Below, piece after piece: positions 19,129 to 27,461 of a stretch of DNA of 64,000 nucleotides. This DNA comes from Dehalococcoidia bacterium (GTDB taxonomy: Bacteria; Chloroflexota; Dehalococcoidia; Bin125). Numbering within the stretch: position 1 is the stretch's first letter; each line of letters begins with the position of its first letter. Location: positions 5,234 through 69,233 of the forward strand of contig JAJEBU010000101.1 of assembly GCA_022822375.1 (NCBI GenBank), written 5' to 3'. Under the pieces are notes generated by a model, which saw nothing but the letters and a program-made list of their open reading frames with translations, was not told where the DNA came from and searched no databases. The translations under genes and the position numbers were made by a program.

Positions 19129-19566
19129 ATGACGGATGCTGCGGACGGACCGCTGGACGGGGTGATCGTGATGACCAACGGCCAGGAGGCCGAGTGGTCG
19201 AATCATCGCTCGGGGATGGATATCCAGTTTGGCGTCTCGGGCGATCTCTCAGGCTCGAGCGAGGTGTTCATGACGCGGCAGAAGATCCCGCCCGGCATGT
19301 ACTCGACGCCGCACTGGCATGTGAACTGTGAAACCGCCATCTACATCTTGCAGGGCCCCGTCGTGATGGCCTACGGCGAGCAGCTTGAGCATGTCCACGA
19401 GTGCGAATCGGGCGATTTCCTGTACGTGCCGCCGCGCGCGATTCACCAGATTTCCAACCCGCGCGAGGATCGCGACGCGGAAGTGGTCCTGTGCCGCAAC
19501 GCGGCCGAGGAGATCGTGGCGGAAGTGGACATTCCCGGCGCGCCCGGCTGCTCAGCGGCGGAGTAG
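19129..19566 (+). CDS. Cupin domain protein
   Basis: 'HWHVNCETAIYILQG...GDFLYVPPRAIHQISN' two-motif cupin signature. 145 aa. Confidence 0.7.
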   Translation: MTDAADGPLDGVIVMTNGQEAEWSNHRSGMDIQFGVSGDLSGSSEVFMTRQKIPPGMYSTPHWHVNCETAIYILQGPVVMAYGEQLEHVHECESGDFLYVPPRAIHQISNPREDRDAEVVLCRNAAEEIVAEVDIPGAPGCSAAE

Positions 19567-19610
19567 GCGAGGGACTCGCAGGGCGTTGGCGAGGGACTCG
19601 CAGGGCGCTG
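19567..19610. repeat. Tandem 2 x 22-bp direct repeat, each unit containing a 5-bp-stem palindrome (GCGAG-GGA-CTCGC). Possible bidirectional terminator or protein-binding site.
   Basis: 'gcgagggactcgcagggcgttg' / 'gcgagggactcgcagggcgctg' (21/22 identical). It exactly fills the gap between two convergent stop codons (TAG at 19564..19566 and TAG complement at 19611..19613). Confidence 0.6.
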
Positions 19611-21182
19611 CTAGCTCGCGGCGAGCGGCATGTCGCGCTCGGCGGCCAGTTCTGCCAGGTAGCGCAGCATCGCGGGCATGGCATCGTGTGCGCCGCGCAA
19701 GGCGGTGACGACCAAGTCCGCGCCGCGTACATTGTCGCCACCGGCGAAGGTGCCCGGCCGTGACGTGCGACCGTCGTCGTCGACCAACACCTCGCCCCAG
19801 TCGTTGACGTCGATGCCGGAGCCGGCGTAGAGGTCACTCGCCACGTCGTAGCCGACGGCGACGACGAAGGCGTCACAATCGATGATGAACTCGGAACCGT
19901 GGACCGGCTCGGGACGGCGGCGGCCGCTGTCGTCGGGCTCAGTCAGGCTCATCCGCACGCATTCAACACCGACGACGGCACCATTGCGCTCGACGAGGCC
20001 GACTGGCGTGGTGAGATACTCGAAGTTGACGCCTTCCTCGCGCGCGTGCCGGCGTTCCTCTTCGCGGCCCTGCATTTCGTTCTCGGTGCGCCGGTAGAGC
20101 AAGGTCACGTCGTCGGCCCCCAGGCGGATTGCCGACCGGACGCAGTCCATCGAGGTGTCGCCGCCGCCGACGACCACGACCTTGCGGCCAATGTCGGGCG
20201 TGGAGCGGAGCGCGGCGGGCAGCGCGCCGTCGGGCAGGTTGGCGCGGACGAGGAACTCGGTCGCGCTGTACACGCGGGCGAGCCGCTCGCCGTCGAGCCC
20301 CAGCCGCTTGCCCAGGCTGGCCCCGTGGGCGAGGAAGACGGCGTCGTAGCGGGCCAGGTCGTCCCAGCTCACGTCGAGCGGAATGCGGCAATCGGTGCGA
20401 AACTCGACGCCGCTGGCTTCAAGCGCGGCAATCTTTTCGTCGACGATGTCTTTGGCAGACTTGAAGTTGGGAATGCCGTAGCGAAGGACGCCGCCGGCTT
20501 GCGGCCAGGCCTCGAAAACGGTCACCTGGTGTCCGGCGCCGCGCATCTGCTCGGCGGCGGAGAGTCCAGCGGGCCCCGAGCCAATCACCGCGACGCGTTG
20601 ACCGGTCTCGAAGGCTGGTTGCGGGATCGGGAATCCGCCGCGCTGCTCGCGATCCCAGTCGCCGAGGAAGGCCTCGAGCTTGCCAATGGCGACAGGCTTG
20701 GCATTCTTGCCAACGACGCAGACACCCTCGCAGAGCGATTCCTGCGGGCAGAGGCGACCGCACAGTTCTGGCATTTCCGAAGTCTGCCGGAACACGGCGG
20801 CGGCCTCGGGCAAGCGTCCCAGTTCGAGGAATGCGAGGGCGCCCGGGATGTCGTTGTCGATGGGGCAGGCCGCGGTGCACGGCGCGGCCGGGCACTGGAT
20901 GCAGCGCTGCGCTTCGAACATGGCCGGCCCGGCGGTGTAGCCGAAGTACACCTCGTCCCAGTTGTGGACACGGTCGTAGGGGGTCTGCTTGGTGACGTGG
21001 TGGGGCGGAATGCGCAGCCGCTGTCGTCGGTCGATGGGCACACCGGCGCGGGTCAGCTGCTGTTTCTTGGCCGATTTCTTAGCTGGGCTCTTGCCCGTGT
21101 TCTTGGCCTGTGGTTTGGCCGAGCGAGTCGGGCCGCCCCGAGGCTCAAGATCGCTGCCGGAGTCAGGCTCGTCGTCCGTCAT
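19611..21182 (-). CDS. Glutamate synthase small-subunit (GltD)-like FAD/NAD(P)-dependent oxidoreductase, orphan (no gltB adjacent)
   Basis: [4Fe-4S] Cys motifs 'CIQCPAAPCTAACP' and 'CGRLCPQESLCEGVC'. Two dinucleotide-binding motifs 'VAVIGSGPAGLSAA' and 'VVVVGGGDTSMD'. Start set at 'MTDDEPDSG'. The longer 831-aa ORF upstream overlaps the divergent gene. Confidence 0.8.
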   Translation of the reverse strand: MTDDEPDSGSDLEPRGGPTRSAKPQAKNTGKSPAKKSAKKQQLTRAGVPIDRRQRLRIPPHHVTKQTPYDRVHNWDEVYFGYTAGPAMFEAQRCIQCPAAPCTAACPIDNDIPGALAFLELGRLPEAAAVFRQTSEMPELCGRLCPQESLCEGVCVVGKNAKPVAIGKLEAFLGDWDREQRGGFPIPQPAFETGQRVAVIGSGPAGLSAAEQMRGAGHQVTVFEAWPQAGGVLRYGIPNFKSAKDIVDEKIAALEASGVEFRTDCRIPLDVSWDDLARYDAVFLAHGASLGKRLGLDGERLARVYSATEFLVRANLPDGALPAALRSTPDIGRKVVVVGGGDTSMDCVRSAIRLGADDVTLLYRRTENEMQGREEERRHAREEGVNFEYLTTPVGLVERNGAVVGVECVRMSLTEPDDSGRRRPEPVHGSEFIIDCDAFVVAVGYDVASDLYAGSGIDVNDWGEVLVDDDGRTSRPGTFAGGDNVRGADLVVTALRGAHDAMPAMLRYLAELAAERDMPLAAS

Positions 21183-21269
21183 CTCGCCAACACGTTCCCC
21201 GCACTCAACCGTGCGATCCGAGATCACTATATCCCCGTTGGCGCGCCGCCTGCCTGTTAGCCTCGCGTC

Positions 21270-22184
21270 ATGGAACCGAATGATCCGAAACGTTACGTAG
21301 AGCACACCGACGCGGCTGACCGTCGCGATGCGAGTGATGTCGCTGATGCGTTGGATTGGGCACGACAGTTTGGCATGCTGGCACGCGGCAGCGAGCAGGC
21401 GGTCCGCCTCGATCTCTGCTGCCTGCAGATCGGCCGGATCGTCGAGCCGCGGCTCGACCAGATAGAGGCGCTGGCCAAGCTCGATGAGCTCGCGGGCGAC
21501 GTCGGAGACGTCGGTGATGTCCGCGGTGATCCTGCGGCGCTCGCCGCCCGGATCAACACCGTCCTGTTCGAGCAACACCAGTTTCGGGGCGATACGGAGA
21601 CATACTACGAACCGAGCAACTGCTGCCTGCACTCGGCGCTGGAATCCGGCCGCGGGATGCCGATCACGCTCGCGGTTGTGATGATTGAAGTGGCGCGTCG
21701 GGTCGGGTTGGAGTTGCACGGCGTCGGCACGCCGTTTCATTTTCTGGTCAAGTACCACGATGCGAGATCGGGGGAGGATCGGTTCCTCGATCCGTTCCAC
21801 GGCGGACGCGAGATTGATCGGACCGCGTTGACCGAGCGGCTGCGCGCGACGAATCGGGGACTTGGGCCCAATCCCGACTCCTTTCTCGCCTCGGTCACGA
21901 AGCGCCAGATGCTGCAGCGGATTCTGACGAATCTCAAGGGCATCAGCGTGCGGCAGCGCGACTATCACACGGCGATCCGAACGACCGACTATCTGTTGGC
22001 GCTCTCCCCGTGGTCGTTGGAGGAGCGGCGCGATCGGGGCATGTTGTGCTACCAGACGGGGCAGTACATTGAGGCGTTGGACGATTTGCAGCAGTATCAC
22101 GAGCACGCTGGGAAGACGCCGGACTTGGCGCGGGTGGCGGACTTCATCGAGCGGATTCGGACGAGGATCGCTGAGCCAGGCTGA
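21270..22184 (+). CDS. Transglutaminase-like/TPR-like superfamily protein (SirB1-N domain-like, UPF0162)
   Basis: 304 aa. 'ETYYEPSNCCLHSALESGRGMPITLAVVMIEVARRVG' resembles the transglutaminase-like core of SirB1-family proteins. Confidence 0.5.
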   Translation: MEPNDPKRYVEHTDAADRRDASDVADALDWARQFGMLARGSEQAVRLDLCCLQIGRIVEPRLDQIEALAKLDELAGDVGDVGDVRGDPAALAARINTVLFEQHQFRGDTETYYEPSNCCLHSALESGRGMPITLAVVMIEVARRVGLELHGVGTPFHFLVKYHDARSGEDRFLDPFHGGREIDRTALTERLRATNRGLGPNPDSFLASVTKRQMLQRILTNLKGISVRQRDYHTAIRTTDYLLALSPWSLEERRDRGMLCYQTGQYIEALDDLQQYHEHAGKTPDLARVADFIERIRTRIAEPG

Positions 22185-22343
22185 GACCCGAGGCAGCCGA
22201 CGGTCACGGCGCCGCTGATCTTGTCAACAGCGTGTGACATCTCCGCTATATTGAAACAGGCTGTTGGCGGGAATGCTGCAACCGTCGTAGCCGTTCTCAT
22301 TCTTCTCATTCAATCATCTCGCAGCCTGAGAAACGCAAGGGGA

Positions 22344-22862
22344 ATGGCCAACGCAACTACGCTCCGCACGGTTAGCGTGCCTGTGTCGAACAACGGCGCT
22401 TCCGCCCATGCCTACTGCCACGTGCACGACGAGCTCCGCTACCGGACGGTGGATGGGCCGTGGTTCCGCGACATTACGGACGACGTCCGTGGGGTCGTGC
22501 AACGCTCGGGCGTGGTGTCGGGCCAGGTGTCGGTGTTCTCGCAGCACACGACGGCGGCGATCATCCTGCAGGAGCACGAGCCGCTGCTGCTTGACGACCT
22601 GCGAGATCGGCTCAAGTCGTTCGCGCCGGCCGGCAAGTACTACCGCCACAACGACTTCGACATCCGCACGGTCAACATGCACGAGAACGAGCCCGAGAAC
22701 GGCCACTCGCACGTCCAGCACATGCTGCTGGGCACCTCCGAGACCGTTCCCGTGCTCAGCGGGCAGATGCACATCGGCGAGTTTCAGTCCGTTTTCCTCG
22801 TGGAGCTGGACGAAGCGCGCGACCGTTGCGTCAGTGTCACCGTGCAAGGCATCACCGGCTGA
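22344..22862 (+). CDS. YjbQ/UPF0047 family protein (secondary thiamine-phosphate synthase-like)
   Basis: 'VSVFSQHTTAAIILQEHE...HVQHMLLGTSETVPVLSGQMHIGEFQSVFLVELD' matches the YjbQ fold. The ATG at 22344 is preceded by AAGGGGA. A 5' extension to 22221 is unlikely. Confidence 0.7.
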   Translation: MANATTLRTVSVPVSNNGASAHAYCHVHDELRYRTVDGPWFRDITDDVRGVVQRSGVVSGQVSVFSQHTTAAIILQEHEPLLLDDLRDRLKSFAPAGKYYRHNDFDIRTVNMHENEPENGHSHVQHMLLGTSETVPVLSGQMHIGEFQSVFLVELDEARDRCVSVTVQGITG

Positions 22863-22934
22863 CCGACCGAACCAGCGGCGTACGATCCACGACGGCCGCC
22901 TCCTGCGGGAGGTGGCCGTTCGTATACTCGCGGC

Positions 22935-24098
22935 ATGACACAGCGCGGCTCCGCCCCGTTCGACCCGCTTGCGGCGGTCACCCTGCCCGCGCTGGACACT
23001 CCGCTGGCGATGATCATGGCCGAGCGGATCGCTCAGAGCGGTCCGATCACGTTCGCCGAGTGGATGGACGCGTGTCTCTACGATCCCGAGCATGGCTATT
23101 ACCGTCGAGGGAGGCCGACGGTCGGCAGGGACGGCGATTTCCTGACCAGTCCTGAGGTCCATCCGCTGTTTGGCGCGTCGGTGGCGCACGTGATCTCGGA
23201 GCTCTGGAGCGGCGAGCCGCTGACGGTCGTGGAAGTTGGACCAGGCAGCGGGGCAATGGCGGAGTCGATCCTGCGTCACATCCACGCGACAGCGGCCGAC
23301 CTGGCGGCAGAGCTCTCCTACGCGCTCGTGGAACCTGATCCGTCCGCTGCCGAACAGACGCGGGCGCGGCTCTCGCACGCGCACGACGCGAGACTGTTGC
23401 AGTTCTATTCGGACATCACGGAGATACCGTCCGCCGACCTGGTCGTCGCGAACGAACTGCTCGATGCCTTGCCCGTGCACCGACTGGTCGCCCGCGCTGG
23501 AGCTTGGCGGGAAATCTATGTGGATTACTCCCGCGCTCTAGGCTTCCGCGACTGCGAGTTGCACGTCAGTGATGCATCGCTGCTCGATCCGCTGATGGGC
23601 GTCGAAGCGAGCGAGCGTCAGATCGCTGAGGTGTCTCCGGTGCGGGCAGAGATCGTTGAGGCGCTGGCGCGCGCGGTGTGCGATGGAGGTCTGCTGCTGT
23701 TGTTCGACTACGGATACGAACGCGCGCGGCTGTACGCCTCCTGGCGCCGCGACGGGACGCTGATGACCTTTCGCAAACACGTGCCGGGCGATGATCCGTA
23801 TGTATCGCCGGGCGAGACGGACATCACCTGCCACGTGGACATCAACCAGGTTCGCGAGGCGGCAGATGCGGCCGGTCTGACGGCGCTGCCGACGCGGTCG
23901 CAGGCGGAATGGCTGCATGACCTGGGCGCGGCGGTGCTGCCGGCGGTGGCGGATGCGGGAGCGGACAAGTCGCGCTATCTCGCCGCTCGTCGAGCCGCCG
24001 AAACGTTGGCAGACCCTGCCGGTCTCGGCCGAGTGGCGGTGATGGCGTTCGTGCGCGGCGACACACCGCCGTTGTCGGGCTGGCGCGGCCATGCCTGA
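22935..24098 (+). CDS. Class I SAM-dependent methyltransferase, MidA/NDUFAF7 (DUF185) family
   Basis: 'FLTSPEVHPLFGASVAHVI...VVEVGPGSGAMAE' and 'LLLFDYGY' are DUF185 hallmarks. Confidence 0.75.
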   Translation: MTQRGSAPFDPLAAVTLPALDTPLAMIMAERIAQSGPITFAEWMDACLYDPEHGYYRRGRPTVGRDGDFLTSPEVHPLFGASVAHVISELWSGEPLTVVEVGPGSGAMAESILRHIHATAADLAAELSYALVEPDPSAAEQTRARLSHAHDARLLQFYSDITEIPSADLVVANELLDALPVHRLVARAGAWREIYVDYSRALGFRDCELHVSDASLLDPLMGVEASERQIAEVSPVRAEIVEALARAVCDGGLLLLFDYGYERARLYASWRRDGTLMTFRKHVPGDDPYVSPGETDITCHVDINQVREAADAAGLTALPTRSQAEWLHDLGAAVLPAVADAGADKSRYLAARRAAETLADPAGLGRVAVMAFVRGDTPPLSGWRGHA

Positions 24099-24534
24099 GC
24101 CTCGGCTTGAGATCGGCGCTCTGCTGCCGGATACGAATCTGCATTTGCGCCTGCGGCTGGGGGACGGGCCGCTGCTGGTGCTGTTCTTCAGCGAGGCCAA
24201 CACGCCGCTCTGCACGACCCAGCTGTGCGCCTTTCGCGACGATTTCGAGATGCTCGCCCAGCTCGGCGCCAATGTCGTAGCCGTCTCGACGGACTCCGAA
24301 GCTGAGCTCGCGCGCTTCCGTGAGGAGCATCTGCTGCCCTTTCCCCTGCTCTCGGACGCCGACCTGAGCGCGGCTGAAGCGTTTGGCGTCGCCGATCGGG
24401 TGAGCAAGCGAGCACAGCGCGCGGCCTTCGTCGCCGATCGCGACGGCGTCGTCCAGCTCGCCATTCCCTTCTACCAACCAACCAACTTCGAGCACTACCA
24501 GCAGATCTTCGAGGCCCTGGGACTGGACGTGTGA
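24091..24534 (+). CDS. Peroxiredoxin/AhpC-TSA family thiol peroxidase (Bcp-like)
   Basis: Thioredoxin-fold 'LLVLFFSEANTPLCTTQLCAFRD' with resolving-Cys pattern. The ATG overlaps the upstream stop. Confidence 0.7.
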   Translation: MPEPRLEIGALLPDTNLHLRLRLGDGPLLVLFFSEANTPLCTTQLCAFRDDFEMLAQLGANVVAVSTDSEAELARFREEHLLPFPLLSDADLSAAEAFGVADRVSKRAQRAAFVADRDGVVQLAIPFYQPTNFEHYQQIFEALGLDV

Positions 24535-25715
24535 TGTTCGACCGCTTTGAGGCCGAGGCCGATGCGATTCTGGCGGAGCAGATTCGCCTGTGCGAGATCG
24601 CTGCGCCGACTGGACAGGAGTCGAAGCGGGCCGATGCGGTGGCGTCGGCGCTTGAGTCGCTGGGACTGGATGTCCAGCGCGATGCGGTGGGCAACGTGAT
24701 CGCTCACGGCGAGCGTCAGCCGCGACGGCCGCTGATCCTGAGCGCGCATCTGGACACGGTCTTCGGGCCTGACCAATCCTGCCGCGTGGCGCGGCCGGGG
24801 GAGGCCAATCCGTATCGCCGCGACGCAATCGTGCCCACCAACGAGTATCACGCGCCGGGCATCTCGGACGCCGCGGCTGGGCTGGCGGCCATGCTGGCGG
24901 TCGCGCGGGCGCTGTCGGGAACGCCGGCCGCGGAGCAGATCGTCTACGCCGCCACGGTGGGCGAGGAAGGGCTCGGCGACTTGCGAGGGGCGCGGCATCT
25001 CTTCGCCTCTGAGATGGGACGCAGGGCCCGCGCCTTCATCACGATTGACCACTCCGACGCGGCGGCGATCGTCAACGCCGGCATCGGCTCTCGACGCTTC
25101 CGCGTGCAGTTTCAAGGACGCGGGGGACACAGCTGGGGTCACTTCGGGCGCTACAACCCGGCGTTCGCGCTGGCGGCCGCAGCGGATCGTCTGGCCGAGA
25201 CTGAGGTCGTGAGCGAGCCGCGCACGACGTTCAACATCGGTGTCGTCCGTGGGGGCGAGACGGTCAACGCCATCCCGGAGCGTGCGGAAGCGGAGGTGGA
25301 CCTGCGCAGCGAATCCGCGTCTGCGCTCGACGAGCTGGAGCGAGTCCTGCGCGACGCGGTCGAGGCTGGGCATCAGCGAGAGCTCGCGCGCCGCAGCGAA
25401 GCGGCGCTGGCGCCGTCGCTGGCGCCAATCGGAGATCGACCGGCGGGCGTCACGCCAGCCGACAACGAACTGGTGCAGGCGGCGCGGCGGGCGATCGAGT
25501 CGGAATCGCTGACGCCGCGGCTGATTGCAGCATCGACCGACGCCAATGCCGCAATTGCGGCTGGCGTGCCAGCGATTGCGATGAGCTGGGGCGGGCGCTC
25601 GGACAACCAGCACAGCGTACGGGAGTGGTTCGACCCGACCGATCGCGCACGATCGCTGCGTGTGCTGTCGCGCATCCTGGTTGAGCTGTCGCAACCAGAC
25701 GCTGAACGCGGCTGA
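24531..25715 (+). CDS. M20 family metallopeptidase/deacylase (ArgE/DapE-like)
   Basis: 'LILSAHLDTVF', 'GATVGEEGLGDLRGARHL' and the dimerisation-domain pattern. 394 aa. Confidence 0.75.
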   Translation: MMFDRFEAEADAILAEQIRLCEIAAPTGQESKRADAVASALESLGLDVQRDAVGNVIAHGERQPRRPLILSAHLDTVFGPDQSCRVARPGEANPYRRDAIVPTNEYHAPGISDAAAGLAAMLAVARALSGTPAAEQIVYAATVGEEGLGDLRGARHLFASEMGRRARAFITIDHSDAAAIVNAGIGSRRFRVQFQGRGGHSWGHFGRYNPAFALAAAADRLAETEVVSEPRTTFNIGVVRGGETVNAIPERAEAEVDLRSESASALDELERVLRDAVEAGHQRELARRSEAALAPSLAPIGDRPAGVTPADNELVQAARRAIESESLTPRLIAASTDANAAIAAGVPAIAMSWGGRSDNQHSVREWFDPTDRARSLRVLSRILVELSQPDAERG

Positions 25716-25728
25716 TTAGACTGAAGTT

Positions 25729-26136
25729 ATGCCGGACGACGACCTGCGGGCGTACAGCGAGATCGTGATCGATCACTTTCAGCATCCGCGCAACGCGGGG
25801 GTGCTGGAAGACGCGAACGCCGTCGGCGAGGATCGCAATCCGGTCTGCGGCGACCACATGAAGCTGATGCTGCGGATCGAGGGCGACGAGATTCGCGAGG
25901 CGCGGTTCCAGACGCGGGGCTGCCCGGCCTCGATTGCGACGAGCAGCATGGCGACCGTCGTGCTGACCGACATGCGCGTCGCGGACGCGGCGCAGTTGAC
26001 GCGGCAAGACTTCGTCGATGCGGTGGGCGGACTGCCGAAGGCCAAGATTCACTGCTCGGTACTGGCCGCGGCGGCGCTGAAGCGCGCGCTGGCCGACTTC
26101 CGAGAGCGATCCACGATGTCAGGCGCGAGCGCGTGA
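25729..26136 (+). CDS. NifU-like Fe-S cluster assembly scaffold (SufU/IscU family)
   Basis: 'HPRNAGVLEDANAVGEDRNPVCGDHMKLML...ARFQTRGCPASIATSS...KIHCSVLAAAALKRA' aligns with IscU/SufU, including the three Cys ligands. Confidence 0.8.
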   Translation: MPDDDLRAYSEIVIDHFQHPRNAGVLEDANAVGEDRNPVCGDHMKLMLRIEGDEIREARFQTRGCPASIATSSMATVVLTDMRVADAAQLTRQDFVDAVGGLPKAKIHCSVLAAAALKRALADFRERSTMSGASA

Positions 26137-26795
26137 ACGAGCGCCGCCTGCCGCTGCACCACTCGGTGCTCGACCTGCAATCGGAGGGCGACAGCGCACT
26201 CAACGATTGGTTCCGGATCGGCGGTTCGGTCTCCACGATCCGCATTTGCCTGGCCGACGCCGAGCACGGCTCACTCGCAGCCGCGCTGATCGTCCTGGAC
26301 GCTGCGCTCGCCCTCTCAGACGGCACGACAGAGCGGCTCGACGCGCGGCTCCTCGCCGAGGGTGGGGTGGACCTCGACGGTCGGGAGGGCGCATCGTCGG
26401 CGCAGGAGCTGGTCATCCCCAGACTCCCGCGCGGTGCACAGACTGCGTTGGCGACCGCCAAGATATCGAATGAGGTCTGCGCGGCCGCGCGGCTCTCGCG
26501 CAATGGCGACGCGGCGGTGATGCTCGTCGGCGTTGCTCCGCATCCGATTCGCGCGAGGCAGATTGAGTCGGTGGTACGCGGACGGACGTTGGACGACCGG
26601 ATCATCGACCTGGCGGCGCAGACGGCCCGATCGGAGGCGCAACCATACGGCGTCGGCGAGCTGACCGATGCATCCGCCGTGGACCAAGTCGAGGACGCGG
26701 CGCGCCGTCTCTTTCGCCGGCTGCGGGACCGTTTCGATGCTGAAGAGTTGCAGACACCGCCGCATGATCGCCGCCGTCCTGCTCGCCGCCGGTGA
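26133..26795 (+). CDS. Hypothetical protein, translationally coupled between SufU-like and MocA-like genes
   Basis: The GTG overlaps the upstream stop (GTGA). 220 aa, no confident domain assignment by eye. Confidence 0.4.
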   Translation: MNERRLPLHHSVLDLQSEGDSALNDWFRIGGSVSTIRICLADAEHGSLAAALIVLDAALALSDGTTERLDARLLAEGGVDLDGREGASSAQELVIPRLPRGAQTALATAKISNEVCAAARLSRNGDAAVMLVGVAPHPIRARQIESVVRGRTLDDRIIDLAAQTARSEAQPYGVGELTDASAVDQVEDAARRLFRRLRDRFDAEELQTPPHDRRRPARRR

Positions 26796-27354
26796 GTCGT
26801 CCCGGATGGGCGAACCGAAGCAGCTGCTTGATTGGCAGGGCCAGAGCTTGGTGACCGCGCAGAGCGAGGCGTTGTTGGCGGCCGGCTGCCGACCGCTCGT
26901 CGTCGTGCTGGGAGCCCACGCCGCGCGGGTGCGTCCACACGTCCCCGATCACCCCAACTTGCAGATCGTGACGAACCACGCGTGGCGGTCGGGTCGTGCA
27001 TCATCGATTCGAGCCGGGTCGCGAGCGATGCCGTCGGAGATCAACGCGGTGGCGGTCGTCTCGGTCGATCAGCCGACGACGGCGGCGGTGGTCGAGCGGC
27101 TGGCCGAGTCGCTGTCTGGGGCTCCGGACGCAGAGATCGTCGTCCCGCGCTACGGCGGTCGCAACGGACACCCACCGATGTTCTCAGCTCGGCTGCTGCC
27201 ACAGCTGCGTCAGGTGTCGGAGCGCGGCGAGGGACTGCGCGAGATTCGGCGAAGCCACGCGGATGCCACTATCTTCCTGGATATGGATGATCCAATCGTC
27301 AGGCTCAACCTGAACACGCCCGAGGCGTATCATCACGCGCTCGAGCTGCTGTAA
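26764..27354 (+). CDS. MobA/MocA-like nucleotidyltransferase (molybdenum cofactor cytidylyl/guanylyltransferase family)
   Basis: N-terminal 'MIAAVLLAAGESSRMGEPKQLL' NTP-transferase motif. Start set at this Met rather than the longer ORF start at 26668. Confidence 0.7.
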   Translation: MIAAVLLAAGESSRMGEPKQLLDWQGQSLVTAQSEALLAAGCRPLVVVLGAHAARVRPHVPDHPNLQIVTNHAWRSGRASSIRAGSRAMPSEINAVAVVSVDQPTTAAVVERLAESLSGAPDAEIVVPRYGGRNGHPPMFSARLLPQLRQVSERGEGLREIRRSHADATIFLDMDDPIVRLNLNTPEAYHHALELL

Positions 27355-27461
27355 CGTGCATGTAGTGCAAGAAACCAGCGCCGAATAGGCCGCAGGACGG
27401 ATCGACTCTGCCAGCGGCCCTCGCGCTCGCCAGAACGGGCGCGACAGAGAGTGGACGACTG

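Noticed and set aside
19899-21260. 453-aa plus-strand ORF inside the GltD-like gene, and the 831-aa minus ORF extension to 22106
   Set aside because: The plus ORF is antisense to clear Fe-S/FAD motifs. The minus extension beyond 21182 overlaps the SirB1-like gene and lacks homology, and 'MTDDEPDSG' is the plausible start.
22221-22343. 5' extension of yjbQ ORF to 22221 and a possible TPP riboswitch in this leader
   Set aside because: The extension is hydrophobic low-complexity and precedes a ribosome-binding-site and ATG pair at 22344. Only a CUGAGA fragment resembles the TPP element, and the pyrimidine and 'CCUGAUCUGGAUAAUGCCAGCG' hallmarks are absent.
22314-25694. Series of long minus-strand ORFs (22314..23480, 23538..24464, 24495..25694, 25727..27004) opposite the MidA, peroxiredoxin, M20, SufU region
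   Set aside because: All are low-complexity Arg/Pro/Ala-rich antisense frames opposite well-supported plus-strand genes.
26133-26795. Assignment of the 220-aa middle protein as XdhC/CoxF-like or CO-dehydrogenase flavoprotein C-domain
   Set aside because: Only vague motif resemblance ('VGVAPHPIRARQIESV'). The glycine-rich and SRBP signatures are not evident, so it is left as hypothetical.
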